Origin: Amphiscolops sp. MND2022 | Taxonomy: Eukaryota | Direction of reading: 5' to 3' | Length of the DNA: 64,000 nt | NCBI GenBank assembly: GCA_964187785.1 | Contig: OZ076409.1 | Span: 29,142,001-29,206,000 of the forward strand | Shown: positions 22,272 through 34,625 of the stretch, in pieces | Numbering within the stretch: position 1 is the first letter of the stretch | Layout of the letters: each line of letters starts with the position of its first letter | The notes under the pieces: generated by a model | Seen by the model: the letters and a program-made list of their open reading frames with translations, nothing else | What the model was told of the DNA's origin: nothing | Databases searched by the model: none | Made by a program: the position numbers and the translations under genes

Positions 22272-23203
22272 CTAACAAACAGAATTAGTATCAAAATCGT
22301 CAAAACTCTCTATCTTAATTTTGGATTTAAGACACCTGATAATTCTGATCCAAAAATCTGTTGGTCGGTCAAACACTGTTGGAAACTAATTAGCTCTGAT
22401 GGGAAGCACGAATCTTCTTTTTGGGAATCTGCTTTTCGTGTGAAGTCCTATTCTCCTTGACAAACTTTCAAAAACCACAACTACCTGATTTTCACACAAA
22501 CGAAGAATTCTCGCATTCCCATAAATGGAACATTAAAAGTATCAAATTATCATCATTGACAGTGCCTACCGCATCACCTATGATGTCTAGTATTGTAAAC
22601 TTCATCGCAACTTAGTGGACTCTTTAGGAAAAATTTCAAATTGGATTTTGTTTTTGTTCAGGACTTCTGCTGCCATCATTTTCCAAAGATTGAGAAGAAG
22701 ATTTGCAATCATGGTTCGGTCAAAAATGAAGATATCTTGAACTCAACATGTGTCAATTTGAATTGTCGTCCAGTTGCATTCTCGAAAATATTACCTCTGA
22801 ATCTCTTGAAGCTTAGCTCACTATTGGTGGTACGATACCTCAAAAAGCGACCCTGCATGAAGTCAATTCATTCAATTCGATTCATATCGCTAAGGTTTTC
22901 ACCGGGCAGGTATTTACAGTCAAACAGAAACGTTCAACAAAAATTTGCAGTACTGCTCAAATGTCCTCCGAAATCATCTTTTCAGATGTGTTGCGAGACC
23001 AAAGCCTTCATTTTCAAAAATAACTACCAAGGAAAATTTTCAAATTGAGTAGCATCGTCAACATGGCACAGATATATACAAGTAACATAGATGAATTATC
23101 AATAGCATTCTTGTATACTAAAGAATTGCATGCTTTTTGGATAGCTTGGTAAACGCAAGTAATGGAACAATTCAGGCCAAATACATATGTACTTATGGAA
23201 AAA

Positions 23204-23349
23204 CACTTTTACATGATTGGCATATGCTTGCACTGTTAAACCGAAAAGGTTTGAAACATTACACAGATATACATATCTATCTGTCTAATATTAATGTTTC
23301 AAACCTTTTCGGTTGAACAGTGCAAGCGTATACCAATCATGTAAAAGTG
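23204..23349. repeat. Fold-back palindrome / MITE-like element
   Basis: CACTTTTACATGATTGG...CCAATCATGTAAAAGTG; arms of about 58 bp nearly perfectly inverted. Confidence 0.75.
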
Positions 23350-23555
23350 CTTTTACCACACACAGCATTTTGTTTGTTTCAATATATTATATAACGGACA
23401 AAAAGTTGAAACCATGTAACAAAAACAATTCGAACGTAATTAGAATCTTAGAAAACAGAAGGCAATAATTTTGTTAAGCAATGATTAATGTATAACAATA
23501 GTTATAATTAGATTATGAAATATATTTCGATTAATTAGATTTCAACAATCCTTAC

Positions 23556-23806
23556 TTTTTCTCGATGTAAGTGAGGACAGCCTGGATCATCTGGACAATT
23601 GCAATAATGAGAGACCCAAAGGCCAGTGTACCCAGATGGTACCTGCACGTGCGGTACACAGATGCCAGAATGGGGAACCAGCCGAGCTTGGACTTGTCTC
23701 TTGTGAAGTACCAGGCGGCCACTGCACCCGCGATGATCATCAGCTGGGCAGCCACGAAGAACTGCGTCACCCAGAAGAATGCGAACAGATGGTACCAAAA
23801 CGCCCT
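23556..23806 (-). CDS. SLC44A1: SLC44/CTL1-like exon
   Basis: FWYHLFAFFWVTQF...AGAVAAWYF...RYHLGTLAFGSLIIAIVQ; AG/GT borders, phase 0/2. Confidence 0.94.
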
Positions 23807-24040
23807 CTGTCACAAAACAGGAAGTTGCTTAAATTTATTAACCGAGCGTCGCTGAGAATCAATCGCAAATGCTCAAAAACGTCTCAAAAATTGTAGCAAA
23901 GGTTTATTCCATATAAACATCTTTGAAATTTTTCTTGTTTAAATTCAAGTTTGAAATGCCATCCATGATCTTGTCAATTTTTTTTTAATTTTGAAGGAAA
24001 AATTATTTGAATTTCGAAATAAAACCCTGATGAAACTGAC

Positions 24041-24108
24041 CTCGTTCCATTCATCGTCCTTGTATTTGACAAACTCGCCATCTGAGGTGTCAACGACAAC
24101 TGCCGACT
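24041..24108 (-). CDS. SLC44A1: SLC44/CTL1-like exon (extracellular loop)
   Basis: SAVVVDTSDGEFVKYKDDEWNE; AG/GT borders, phase 1/0 links the flanking exons. Confidence 0.8.
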
Positions 24109-24198
24109 CTAAAAATAGAGTTGAATTCTTCCTGTTATCACAAATTAGATGATTTCAACGAAAGTTAAAAAAACAAAAAAAATCATTCATCGATGAAC

Positions 24199-24459
24199 GA
24201 CATTTATGAAAAGACCCTTGAAGTACAAATTTGTATTGTATTTATTCCAAAGTCACACATATAGAGCTGGTTTCTAGATATCACTTCGCATTTCCGGTGG
24301 CCATTTTCATCCATAGAATGCATTATACGATTGGCTCGCCAAGTCAATTGCAAAACTGACCACTGAATAGAATACGATATGTAGAAACCAGCTCTATATG
24401 TGTGACTTTGGAATAAATACAATAGAAATTTGTACTTCAAGGGTCTTTTCATAAATGTC
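24199..24459. repeat. MITE-like element with ~80-bp terminal inverted repeats
   Basis: GACATTTATGAAAAGACCCTTGAAGTAC...GTACTTCAAGGGTCTTTTCATAAATGTC. Confidence 0.8.
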
Positions 24460-25921
24460 CCTATATAAGGGTCCCTCTTTATATAGGCCCCTGGATAAAC
24501 TAAAAATTTACAAACTTAGCAAGAGCTCTATTGCAGAGAAATGCCCACAGCTTTATAACAATCCATTCAAATTTAAAACTGCATGTTTCTGGACTATTTA
24601 AAACAGCGGTCAATCTTCAAATTCGAATTTTTGGTGAACAAGCCAACATGCAGGCTCTCTACAAATGCGTAACCGCTTGGAATGATTCTCAAGCGTCAAT
24701 ATTGTTTTCAAAGCAGTTTTGAAGTGTTTATTGACAAAAAAATATATTTTTGAAAGCGTTGGCGCTTTTTGCGGTTCACATAGTAGACAGTTTTCCATTG
24801 CGTGTATTTGAAAATTTGGAATGCAAAACAATTAAAAGTTCATGTGTAACAGTCCACAAGAGTTTAGATTGACAGATCTGACAGCTCTTCTTCAATTAAA
24901 ATGAAACCAAAATGAAGTCATGTACAACAATGCATCCATGATTTCGAACATGCAGCAAACGGAGTCTTAGCTGTCTTTTGTCCTGAGGAAATTGTAATAA
25001 AACCATTGTTTAGATACCAGTTTTGGCAAACTACTATAAAAATCATCAAAACATGTTTTTTCGACATGCTGTGGAAGTTTGGATCTTGATGTAGCCGTGA
25101 GTTGGTGTAAAAATTTTCATTCGAATTAGATTATGCTGTTTTTTTTCGTAAAATCACTGCTACTCTATTAAAATATCACCTATTTCACAAAAACTCTTCC
25201 TCAAAAGATACGAAAGTTACCAGTTTCACTGCGCCTTTTCTGTTGTCACTGGATTCAGCGTAATCAGTAAACTCAAGGAAAAAGATGCCAGCTACGAACA
25301 AAGAAGTTTGCCAGCAAACAATTGTTCAAACATACACAGAAATTACAAAAAATGAAGCGTTCATTCTTAAATTGGCGAAATCATTATTACATGGTATCCT
25401 GTTTTTGTGTACGACGTATTATACCATCATAAGTTTCGTAGTACGATCGTTTAACGGCCAATCATACTACAAATGGTGACTAAGATTTCGGCGTGATCGT
25501 AGCATTATCATAATTCCATTGCATTACGACTTGCATGGAGGGTCTACAATAGCTACAATAGTGTAAGAAATAAACTGAACCTTTATTTGTAAGAAAAGAA
25601 TTGGACCAAAACAAAACAGCTCTGCTTTCTGCTACCATCCAAATTATTTGAAAATAAATAAAACAAACTTTCCAAAGTTTTATTAGGCACTTGAAATGTA
25701 GGTTTGCAAAGAATGAAGAAACTTCATAAATTTCATTGCTCATTGATTGTATTTACTACTGAATTGGCATAAGGGACATCATTTTGGACAATTTTGTAAC
25801 ATTTGGCACCTAATTTGCAACTTGTTTAGTTGGCAGATACTTCTTCATTTATTGAAGACATTGTTGTTGTTGTTGATGTGGATTTACAGCTTTCGCTGAT
25901 GGGATTGCTCCCAAATTCTTT

Positions 25922-28651
25922 CTAACATCTTCGTCCCCTGTTTCTACATTGTCCACAGTCGCACACCCTTAACCATGTACAAGAGTTGTCTTCGTCGAAC
26001 TGGTTATTGTAGTGTCTCCACATATCGCAGAAAAGTCTGTCTTTGAGACCCATTCCGTTGCCAATGTCAAAGCAATTATTAACCTTGTTCACGATCTGAC
26101 AATTCCTAAAGAAAAATTCGCTGCGGCTTCTCTCAGTCCGGGGGATTTTCATTTGATAGTTCATGGGTCTGCGTGTGCTGCAAGTCATGTTGGTATGTAA
26201 GTTCAAAATGTTCGCCAGGTTTCCTCTAGTAAGCGATGAAAAAAGTAGGAGATCGTTCATCTGCACAAACATTGGTAGCGGCAAAATGTTCAGTAGCCTC
26301 AAACTGTTAGCATAGCAAGTCTGTTTGTTGCCCATTATCCATTTCACAGCTTTCTTCTGGAGCCTCTCTAAAGCGTTTATGATGGCTTTTGATTGTTTGG
26401 CACAAAAAAGTCCATAGGTGACGGTCGGAAATACCAGCGATTTGTACAGGTTCAGCTTAGTGTTAGATTTAACATTGTACGCAATGTTCCGCCTGAGGGA
26501 GAACAAAACATTAAAGGCTTTTTTCAACCTACTGCTAACATGTGCTGACCAGTTGAGATCTTTTTTTACAAAGATGCCAAGGTCTTTAACTTCTTCTTTG
26601 TCCTCAAAGTTGATGTTTCCGACTTTATATTGACAATTTTTATCTCTGAACTCAAGTTTGTAGCATTTGTCCGGAGCCAAGCTCATTCCATTGGTGTCAA
26701 CCCAGTTCGAAATGGCTTCTAAGTCGGATTTTATTTGCGCTTGTGTCTTCGCGACAGCTAATATTTTTAGATCATCTGCAAATATGTAGGGATCACTAAA
26801 CTTCAGTGCTTCGGGTAGGTCGTTTATGAAAATACAGAACAATAAGGGACCCACGAGAGATCCTTGGGGCACTCCACTTGTAATTTCTAACTCCTGAGAT
26901 ATAGTGTTCCTAACTCTAACGTGCTGGGTTTGTCGTTCCAAGTAGTCACAAAGAATATCGAGAAAGCAGCCTCCAAATCCAATTGCGCTCACTTTCTTCA
27001 GCAGCTCATAATGCGGTACTCGGTCAAATGCTTTCGCAAAGTCGGTGTAAAAAGCGACCACTGTATCACTGGAATTTTTATCCAAGGCTTCTTGTATGTC
27101 TTTCAAGAATTTCAGCATGTTTGATTGAACTGATCTTCCACGGACAAATCCGTGCTGGTTTCTGGAGAGAAAGAAAGAGAAATGAAGAAAGAGAGGATCA
27201 TACAAGCACTTTTCGAAAACTTTGCTGTCAATATTCAGAAGCGACACTGGTCTGTAGTTCTTTACTAATTGTTTATCGCCCTTCTTGTAGACAGGCACGA
27301 TAGTAGCATCTTTCCAACATCTAGGAAGTGTTCGTAGCCTTTTAACATTCTTGAATAGTTTGTTCAGGGTAGTACTCATTTCAACAGCTGTTTTTTGGAA
27401 AAGTACTGGGGGAAACTTGTTATGGCCTCTGGACTTGGTGATGTCTAGGTCTGTTAAAATGCTTCGAATTTTGGATCTTGAAACGTCAAAATTTGTCAGA
27501 ACCGATCTTTTGTTTCGAATGTCTTGTAGTGTGCATGGTATTTTTGGAGAGTAAACCGAATGAAAGAACTCGTTGAAGAAGCGGGCTGTTTCGTTTTCTG
27601 AACGACTGACCTCGTCGCCTTTGTACATCACTTTATGAATGAAATTCGCTTTGTTGAGATAGTTCAAGTGCTTGAAAATTTTTTCAGTATTGCGTGAGCT
27701 GAAATGTTCTTCTTGGTACTTCAAACGATCGATTTCACAGTTCTCTAGAACCAAGTTCTCTAGTTTAGATACGCTATTTCTTCGGTATGCAGTAGGTCTT
27801 TCTAGAAGCACTTTCTTCTGAGTTTTCAATTTGTTTTTGAGATTCGATGTACTTGGAGTTATCCAAGGAGGCATTTCTTGTCGATGTCTCGTTCTCAGCG
27901 GAACACACTCCTGTATTAAATTTTCAGTGTATTGACACAATTCAGAATACATGTTGTCGATGTTTGTGTGACAAACTGGACTGAAAGGACGTGTGCTCAT
28001 AATGTCAATCATTTTTTGATAGTCAGCTCTCCCGTAACTCCGATACTTCTCAAATATGGGTTTCCGTTGGTGATGCGAGCATTCGAGTCTCATTTTCACT
28101 GCATGATGATTAGTGATGTTGTAGACCTTCGTGAAATCATTATCCTTTTCGGCCAAGATATTACATTTCCTTTGAAAGACCAAGTCTATGGTGTTGTTTG
28201 CACAAGTGGGAAAGTCAACTACTTGCCGAAGCATGTGATGATCAAACAAATCAATGACTCTTTGTTCGTAGTCATCGGAGCTGCATAACGTTTTCCAGTC
28301 AACTGTAGGCAAGTTCATGTCCCCACAGACAATTAGTGGAGTTGTTTTTGGTAAAGAGTCGAGTATTTGTTTGGGGTCTGCAATTTCATATCGGTATTTG
28401 CTGTCATCCGGTGGGTTGTACAGAGTACAAAGAACAATCTCTAAGTTGTCAAGAGTTATTGAACAGGCTACACAGCATTCAGGTAATACGATGTCTAGTT
28501 GTTTGGAAACAAGAGTGCTTTTCACGGCAATTAGCGAACCTCCATGAGTAGAGTAGTCTTTAGTAGACGGTCTGTCTGCTCGGTAAAGTTTGTACTCTTT
28601 CAGTTGTAGTTCAGAGTCTGACACACCCCCATCCAACCACGTCTCACACAA
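25922..28651 (-). CDS. LINE ORF2 (APE endonuclease + RT), CR1/L2-group-like, 5'-truncated
   Basis: ETWL, GGSL, YNPP, GDMN (APE); NYRPVSLL, QHGF, DFAKAFD, GVPQGS, FADD (RT); C-terminal CDCGQC. Short (CAA)n run at ~25862-25877 downstream on the minus strand. Confidence 0.93.
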   Translation of the reverse strand: MCETWLDGGVSDSELQLKEYKLYRADRPSTKDYSTHGGSLIAVKSTLVSKQLDIVLPECCVACSITLDNLEIVLCTLYNPPDDSKYRYEIADPKQILDSLPKTTPLIVCGDMNLPTVDWKTLCSSDDYEQRVIDLFDHHMLRQVVDFPTCANNTIDLVFQRKCNILAEKDNDFTKVYNITNHHAVKMRLECSHHQRKPIFEKYRSYGRADYQKMIDIMSTRPFSPVCHTNIDNMYSELCQYTENLIQECVPLRTRHRQEMPPWITPSTSNLKNKLKTQKKVLLERPTAYRRNSVSKLENLVLENCEIDRLKYQEEHFSSRNTEKIFKHLNYLNKANFIHKVMYKGDEVSRSENETARFFNEFFHSVYSPKIPCTLQDIRNKRSVLTNFDVSRSKIRSILTDLDITKSRGHNKFPPVLFQKTAVEMSTTLNKLFKNVKRLRTLPRCWKDATIVPVYKKGDKQLVKNYRPVSLLNIDSKVFEKCLYDPLFLHFSFFLSRNQHGFVRGRSVQSNMLKFLKDIQEALDKNSSDTVVAFYTDFAKAFDRVPHYELLKKVSAIGFGGCFLDILCDYLERQTQHVRVRNTISQELEITSGVPQGSLVGPLLFCIFINDLPEALKFSDPYIFADDLKILAVAKTQAQIKSDLEAISNWVDTNGMSLAPDKCYKLEFRDKNCQYKVGNINFEDKEEVKDLGIFVKKDLNWSAHVSSRLKKAFNVLFSLRRNIAYNVKSNTKLNLYKSLVFPTVTYGLFCAKQSKAIINALERLQKKAVKWIMGNKQTCYANSLRLLNILPLPMFVQMNDLLLFSSLTRGNLANILNLHTNMTCSTRRPMNYQMKIPRTERSRSEFFFRNCQIVNKVNNCFDIGNGMGLKDRLFCDMWRHYNNQFDEDNSCTWLRVCDCGQCRNRGRRC

Positions 28652-29399
28652 ACAAATGACATTAAACTATTGTACATCAAGATGATTTTTATTATATAGT
28701 TTTTGAAACGGGTTTTCTATTATTTCATTTCGTTTACTATCTTAATACGTGGGACACAGCTATTTATCGCAAAGATTATGGATTATGTTATATAAATAAG
28801 AGAAAGCAAATTAGACGGGGCCTACAAGAAACGGAAAGGAGTGCTGGTGAAACTGTCAAATCATTCAATCACATTTTGTCAGCAGGGAGCAGCTAAAACA
28901 CAATATTCTCCAAGTGCGACGTCGGCCAAAATACACATTCAACTGCAAGTGACCCATGCTGTTGAAGCAATGCGATGAAGGAAAAATGGCAACAAACAGT
29001 CAAAACGCAGGCCGCAGTGAAGTGCCAAGTACAAGCAAGCTGGCAACAAAAACAGAGCTTCAAGTGAATCGGTTAGGGAAAAAAATACGTTTCTGCGAAA
29101 TCTGCGAGACAAAACAATGCAGCCAACAAGTTCAAAACAAGCAACATGAAAGCCAAAGGTAATAAAAAAAGGAAATTGCCAGCCTCGACGACTCGAAAGA
29201 ATGGCACGAAAGCGAAAGTGAGAAAAGACAATAAAAAGAACAGGAAAACAAACAGAGCTAATCATCACAAACAAAAGCGCAACAGGAACCGATGGCACAG
29301 ACAACGAAGATACAATCTGGGAAAAAAATTTGCGGTGCTCACTTCACTGTCACGTTAATTTGAACTATTCTCACTTGCTTGTGGCGTCTTGTGTATAAG

Positions 29400-30900
29400 C
29401 GCTATTGCTTGATTGTTCGTTTATTTGTTTTGACTAATTCAATCTCGCTGCTCTCCACATTTGCATTTGTTTGCAGCTTTGTCTTGACCATCAGATTCGC
29501 TCCTATAGGGTGGTTCGCTGTTCTCTGCCAATTTTGATTTGCTAAACGAGAACAGTCCTTTCTGGTTATTCCATCTACGGTAAACCAATTATGCCAAAGT
29601 TTCTCTGCTTTAAGTTTGCTATCGTTACCATATTTTTCGGAAAGATGACGTGAATGACAATCTAACATCACCACTGTATGACCTGGGGCGTTTAATACCT
29701 TAATTTCGAATGGAAGTAGTCTATCTACCCACCTAGTTAGCCTTGACAAAAAGGTTTTATTTACCTGATTGTCCATGAAAATTGTCTTTTAAGTTTTGTG
29801 TTCTGAGGCTACATCGAATCCAGTGCCCTATAAAAAGCTTCGAAAATTGTCTATAGCCTATACCACCGCTAGTATTGCAAGCTCATTTATCAAATGTTTT
29901 TGCTCAAACTCTCTTCCTCCCTCTGCTGCAGCATTGCTCCCAGCTCTTCCTTCCTGGCTTCGCAAACCGTTCCAATTTTTGCTTTTCAAATGTTTTAATT
30001 CGGTCTTTCGTTTTATTGCTTCTTTTATTGCCCAGAACGCTCGGTGTTCTTTTCCTTTTTCCATTCTTTGTAATGTTTTGATAAAGGTTGGAGGGGCGCG
30101 CAGAAATTCGCTAGATTCGGCCTAAATTGGTTCAGTTGATCAATGGTGCCCATAAAAGATTGAAGGTCTTTCAAATTTTTAGGTCGTATTTTATCGGTAA
30201 TCGCTTTACCTTGTCATTGTTTGGCGTGAATGTTCTGCTGACAGCTTGTATCTCAACCTATCTGTTTCTTCTTTGTCAATTTTAAGTTTTTCAGTTTTCA
30301 GCCTGATTCTTTCTTCATCTATTACTTCGATGGCTTCTTCCACTGTTTTCATATTGTCTTCCTTTCTTCCTTTTGTTACTATTACAATGTCATCATTGAA
30401 TGAAAATGTATTTTTTGTTTCATGAAGAACTATTCTTTCGGAATTCCGGAGGCATAGTAGTTTGTCCGTAGAAACCTGTGTTGAATGCCTAGTATGTTTT
30501 TGTCGCCTCTCCTCCAACAATCTGAAAGTTGCAGTTCTTTTTTGTATCTGGTGGTAACCTAATTTGTCCATACGCATACAGCATGTCCTATGATGTAAAT
30601 AGTACGTCTTCGTCAGTCTTGCCGTTGAGTACTTCCGGGATAATGTTCATCAGACTTTCCAGATCTTACATTTGGTATTTGTTCTTCAAAATGGCGTTGT
30701 TGGCCCTTCTGTCCTTATTGACAGTGGCTACACTGGTTGAATAAACATCTCATCATTGATTGTCTCTACTCGTCTAATATTACCTACTTCTAGTAGATGC
30801 TTTAATATCGCGTGTACTGCTTGTTGTAACTGGAATAGCACACGTCTTCCCTTTGTTTGGTTATTTTTTTCCGTCTTTGAATTCGATATAAATGTTAAGA
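29400..30900 (-). pseudogene. Decayed Ty3/Gypsy pol (RT and RNase H fragments)
   Basis: FNDDIVIVTKG (RT), SRLTRWVDRLLPFEIKV..APG (RNase H end); multiple stops and frameshifts; boundaries approximate. Confidence 0.75.
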
Positions 30901-31100
30901 TCAATGATTGCTCTCTGTATTGAACACGTTATGAAATTTTCACTGCATCCGTTTTAACTCTGATGACAATTCAGTTTCAGTTATAATGTTTTTCAAAATG
31001 TTTGTGTACTCGCTTCCACGTTTTGCTTCCGCCATGCATGGGTTGTCCTGGAATCCCAAGACGGGTTAACATAATACGTTAAAGAAGAAATTGTACTCAC

Positions 31101-31167
31101 TGCATGAAGCAATGTAGAGCAGAGTCACCAACCAGTACAGCACAAATAGTGCTACTATAATTAACGT
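31101..31167 (-). CDS. SLC44A1: SLC44/CTL1-like exon
   Basis: TLIIVALFVLYWLVTLLYIASC transmembrane segment; ttttag acceptor, GTGAGT donor; phase 0/1. Confidence 0.87.
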
Positions 31168-31268
31168 CTAAAAACAAAAACAAAGAGTTAAGAACAACAA
31201 CAACAACATTCGAAGTGTGAATTCAACTTAATGTTTGTAACTAAATGGAGGGTCGAAAGTGAACTCAC

Positions 31269-31340
31269 GAAAAGAGGCTGCAATACGATGAGGGGCATCG
31301 CCATTACCACCGAACTGGCTTCTTTGAACAAGGCTATAAC
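31269..31340 (-). CDS. SLC44A1: SLC44/CTL1-like exon
   Basis: VIALFKEASSVVMAMPLIVLQPLF; GTGAGT donor; phase 0/0. Confidence 0.9.
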
Positions 31341-32056
31341 CTAAACAGGGAAACAATTTAACGTTTGGTATTACAGTTCACCAAGGGTGTTCTGCGAATT
31401 CTGAAATCCGGCTTTTCCAACACAAACTGGAAGTAAAACGTTGATTCGCTGTTCGTTGTCAGGTCTTTCAGCGAAATACCTACGGGCAACTCAGAATGCT
31501 GCAACAAAATTTTTCTGTCAATTCAGAAAATTTCGTGGATATGCCAGATATTCTCAAATGAAATTTGGAAACATGCATTTAATCTGTGGAGTTGGTTCTT
31601 TACAATGTTTTAATGACGGCTTCTTCACTTGGGAGATTTTTGAACTTGGGAATTCGCATGTGATTATTAAACTCAGAGCCCTATTTTTGATTCTTTTAGT
31701 AAAATAATCTACATTCGCCCACAAATGCGACTCGATCAGAGTCCGAATTTATTGCGTAAAAACTACATCCAAAATGCGCAAAAGAGTGTCTAAAATTTTT
31801 CCGCAAGAATAAGCCGAAACTGCGTTAAAACATGCCTAAAAATTTCACGAAAACTTTTCTTCACTTGCACAAAAGTAACATTGTCTGTTTTTTGCGGATT
31901 GAATGATTTCGATGAAATACGGTTTTCCAGTAGAAATAAGTATGCCAATCATAATCAATCAACATTCCACAGTTGTCGGTACCTTGAATATAGAAGTTTC
32001 TGCCGGAAACTATATATTTATTTCGTTCAGACATTTTTTAAATTTCAAATTCGACG

Positions 32057-32522
32057 TTTTTTTGTCGGTGCTTTTCTTGAAAAGAGCCGACTATAGTCAT
32101 GGCTTTTTGTCAGTGTTTTTTTCGATACACCTGACGTGACCAAAATAGTTCCACCAAAAGTTCTACAAAATTTTAGGAAGACGCCAAATAGTACCTGTTG
32201 GCCCAAGGAACTGGACCAAAAAGGTTTCCCGCGAAACATACAATACCGGACGAGACCAAAGGGTCCCCTTTCAGTTTTTTTCGAAATTGCGAGACTTTTT
32301 CTCGGAAAAAAATCCCAAAGGGTCCTCCCTACATTTTTTTGGAGTTTTGCGACAGTTTGGATGTTGAAAATCCCAAATGGTCCCAATTTTTTACGGCATT
32401 GTGAGACTCTTTTCAAAAAGTTTTTTCGGGTGCTGTAGAAAAGAATCCTTTAACACTTTGGAGTCCTTTTGCTATTTTTGAGCCTTAGATATGGCGCCAA
32501 CTTGGGCCGGTCCCGGCTTGTT
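32057..32522 (+). mobile_element. HINE-like element family 1, copy 1
   Basis: T-run GTCGGTGC...CCGAC 5' inverted repeat; 3' GCGCCAACT, GGGCCGGTCCC hairpin, GGCTTGTT. Confidence 0.7.
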
Positions 32523-32698
32523 TTCATACAGTCAACTCATCGGGAAAAATTTTGTTGAATCCCGTACATAGAAATTCTCTGAACACCCACCGACTTCTCC
32601 AATTTATTCAACGAAAGATTTGCGAAAACAAAAGCTCTGGTAATTTTCCTGAAGAATAAACTATTCGCATCGTCACCTATCAGAGATAAGTGGGACTA

Positions 32699-33020
32699 TT
32701 TTTAGTCGGCGCTTTTCTAGTGAAAAGATCCCGACTAATACAGTGGCTTTTTTTCTCTTTTTTTTCGTCAGACCACAGACCTCATCGTGTATGTACCACT
32801 TTTTAGTAGACTTTACTCGGTTTACGGTGAACCCAGCGGTCACAGGTTCGAGTCCTTGCTTTAGCCAGAAACGTTTTCGAGCATTTGCGGAAGCGGACGA
32901 GACTGAAGGGTCCCCTCTTCCAATTTTTTTTCGGCACTGTGCGACTTTTTTTTCGATTTTTCCCGGCCGTATTGGTATTTCCCCCGCCGCTGTTTTTATT
33001 TTTTTTGAAGGGGGGGGGCG
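32699..33020 (+). mobile_element. HINE-like element family 1, copy 2 (3' end not recognised) with a tRNA-like segment
   Basis: T-run AGTCGGCGC...CCCGACT 5' structure; internal GGTTCGAGTCC. Confidence 0.55.
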
Positions 33021-33270
33021 GAACAATATAGATGACATGGTCCGAAATTTCCAAATTAGTTTCCAAAATTCTCAAATCGACATTGAATTTAATAAAATTG
33101 AATTACCATGGTAATCCCTCAGGAGACCACTGCTCGCATACCACTTGTAAATAAGATCGAATGTTTGCGCTGCTATGCGAAGCAGCATTTTCATTCCTTC
33201 TACATCTCTGGTAGCGTGATAGTAGCGTATGCTAATTTTGAATGTCTATTTTGTAGAAATTGATTGTCTA

Positions 33271-33888
33271 TTTTTAGTCGGCGCTTTTCTAGGGAAAAGT
33301 GCCCGACTCTTACAGTGGCTAGTTTTTTTTTCGTCAGACTACAATCTCACTCTGATTGGGCCACTTTTCTTACAATCGAAACTACTAAAACTACTAGCAT
33401 AAGAGGCCAAGTCCGGTCAGCGGAAATTAGTGCAAAAGGGTCCCCCTTTCATTTTTTTACCTTTTTTACGTAACCTACAAAACCGGAAGAGACCAAAGGG
33501 TCCCCCCTTTCAATTTTTTTTCGGCACTGTGCGAAATTTTTTTGAAAATTTTTTAAGGTCTCAAAAGAGTCCCCCCTTCGAGTTTTTTGATATTTTGCAA
33601 CAAAATGTATGTTAATAAATCCCAAAGGGTCCCCTCTTTTCATTTTTCGGCACTATGCGACATTTTCGAAGTTTTTTCAAAAAAAAATTTTCAAAAAATT
33701 TTCAAATTTTATTTTGTTCCCAGTCGGGAAACAGTGATTTTCCAGTCATATAGAGCATTAAAGGCACACTTTGGGTGTCTCCAAAGTGTTTTCAAAGCTT
33801 TTCATGAATACGTCCTGAGCATATTTAGAAAACTTTGCGCTTCTTGAGCCTTAGATATAGCGCCGACTTTAGACGTTCCCGTCTTGTT
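33271..33888 (+). mobile_element. HINE-like element family 1, copy 3
   Basis: Subterminal inverted repeat AGTCGGCGC (33276) / GCGCCGACT (33860); end GTCTTGTT; internal AAAGGGTCCCC repeats. Confidence 0.72.
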
Positions 33889-34625
33889 TGGAATTAGCCA
33901 ATTGGAATCAAGATTGGTAAAACAGACTGATTTTGGAAAACAAATTTGAACGTTGTTTTGCAAATTTTCAACGTTCTACAGTGCATTATGTGAACTAGCA
34001 TCAAAATTGCGTCATCAGTGCTGATTTGAATGTAAATTGCGTTATTGTTAGTTATTGTTTTTAGCGTTATGGAAAAACTGCCTCGAGCTTGCGGTAATAA
34101 TTGCTCTATAAAAACGCAATAAAATGCGAACTCTGGGCTCGGCAACATCACTCGATTGCCGAGTCTCATTTGTGGACGAACGTAGATTATTTTTCTAATA
34201 AAATCAAAAACAGGGCTCTGAGTCTATCTCACATTTTCATTCATTTGAATTTTTTCGACTAGAAGGAACTCTGTGAAATGTGATAAAAAACACAGGGATG
34301 TATTTCTGACCAAGAAAAATCAGGGAGAATAATGAAATCAAAATTAAAGAATATATTGACATACAAAGATTCAAAAAAAATTCTAACGTGCTAGCTCCGA
34401 AAAACTTCAAGAACCTAGGATTGAATTCATGAATCAAAATCAATAGACTAAGTTTGAACCACAATTTAGACTAGAATTTGTAAATCTCACTATGATCTCG
34501 GTGAAGAAAAGTTTCATTGACTCTCGTTACTGCATTGAGATTTTTATAAACTGCAGACAATTTTCAGTAGACGTTTTGCTTTTGCTAGTTTTTAGTCGGC
34601 GCGTTGCCCGACTATAGCAGTGACC

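Noticed and set aside
28939..29358. Lys/Arg-rich short ORFs
   Set aside because: Explained by A-rich composition beside the decayed Gypsy; no domain signal.
32821..32867. Functional tRNA gene
   Set aside because: Only a T-arm/3' half is recognisable; no D-arm or matching acceptor 5' strand.
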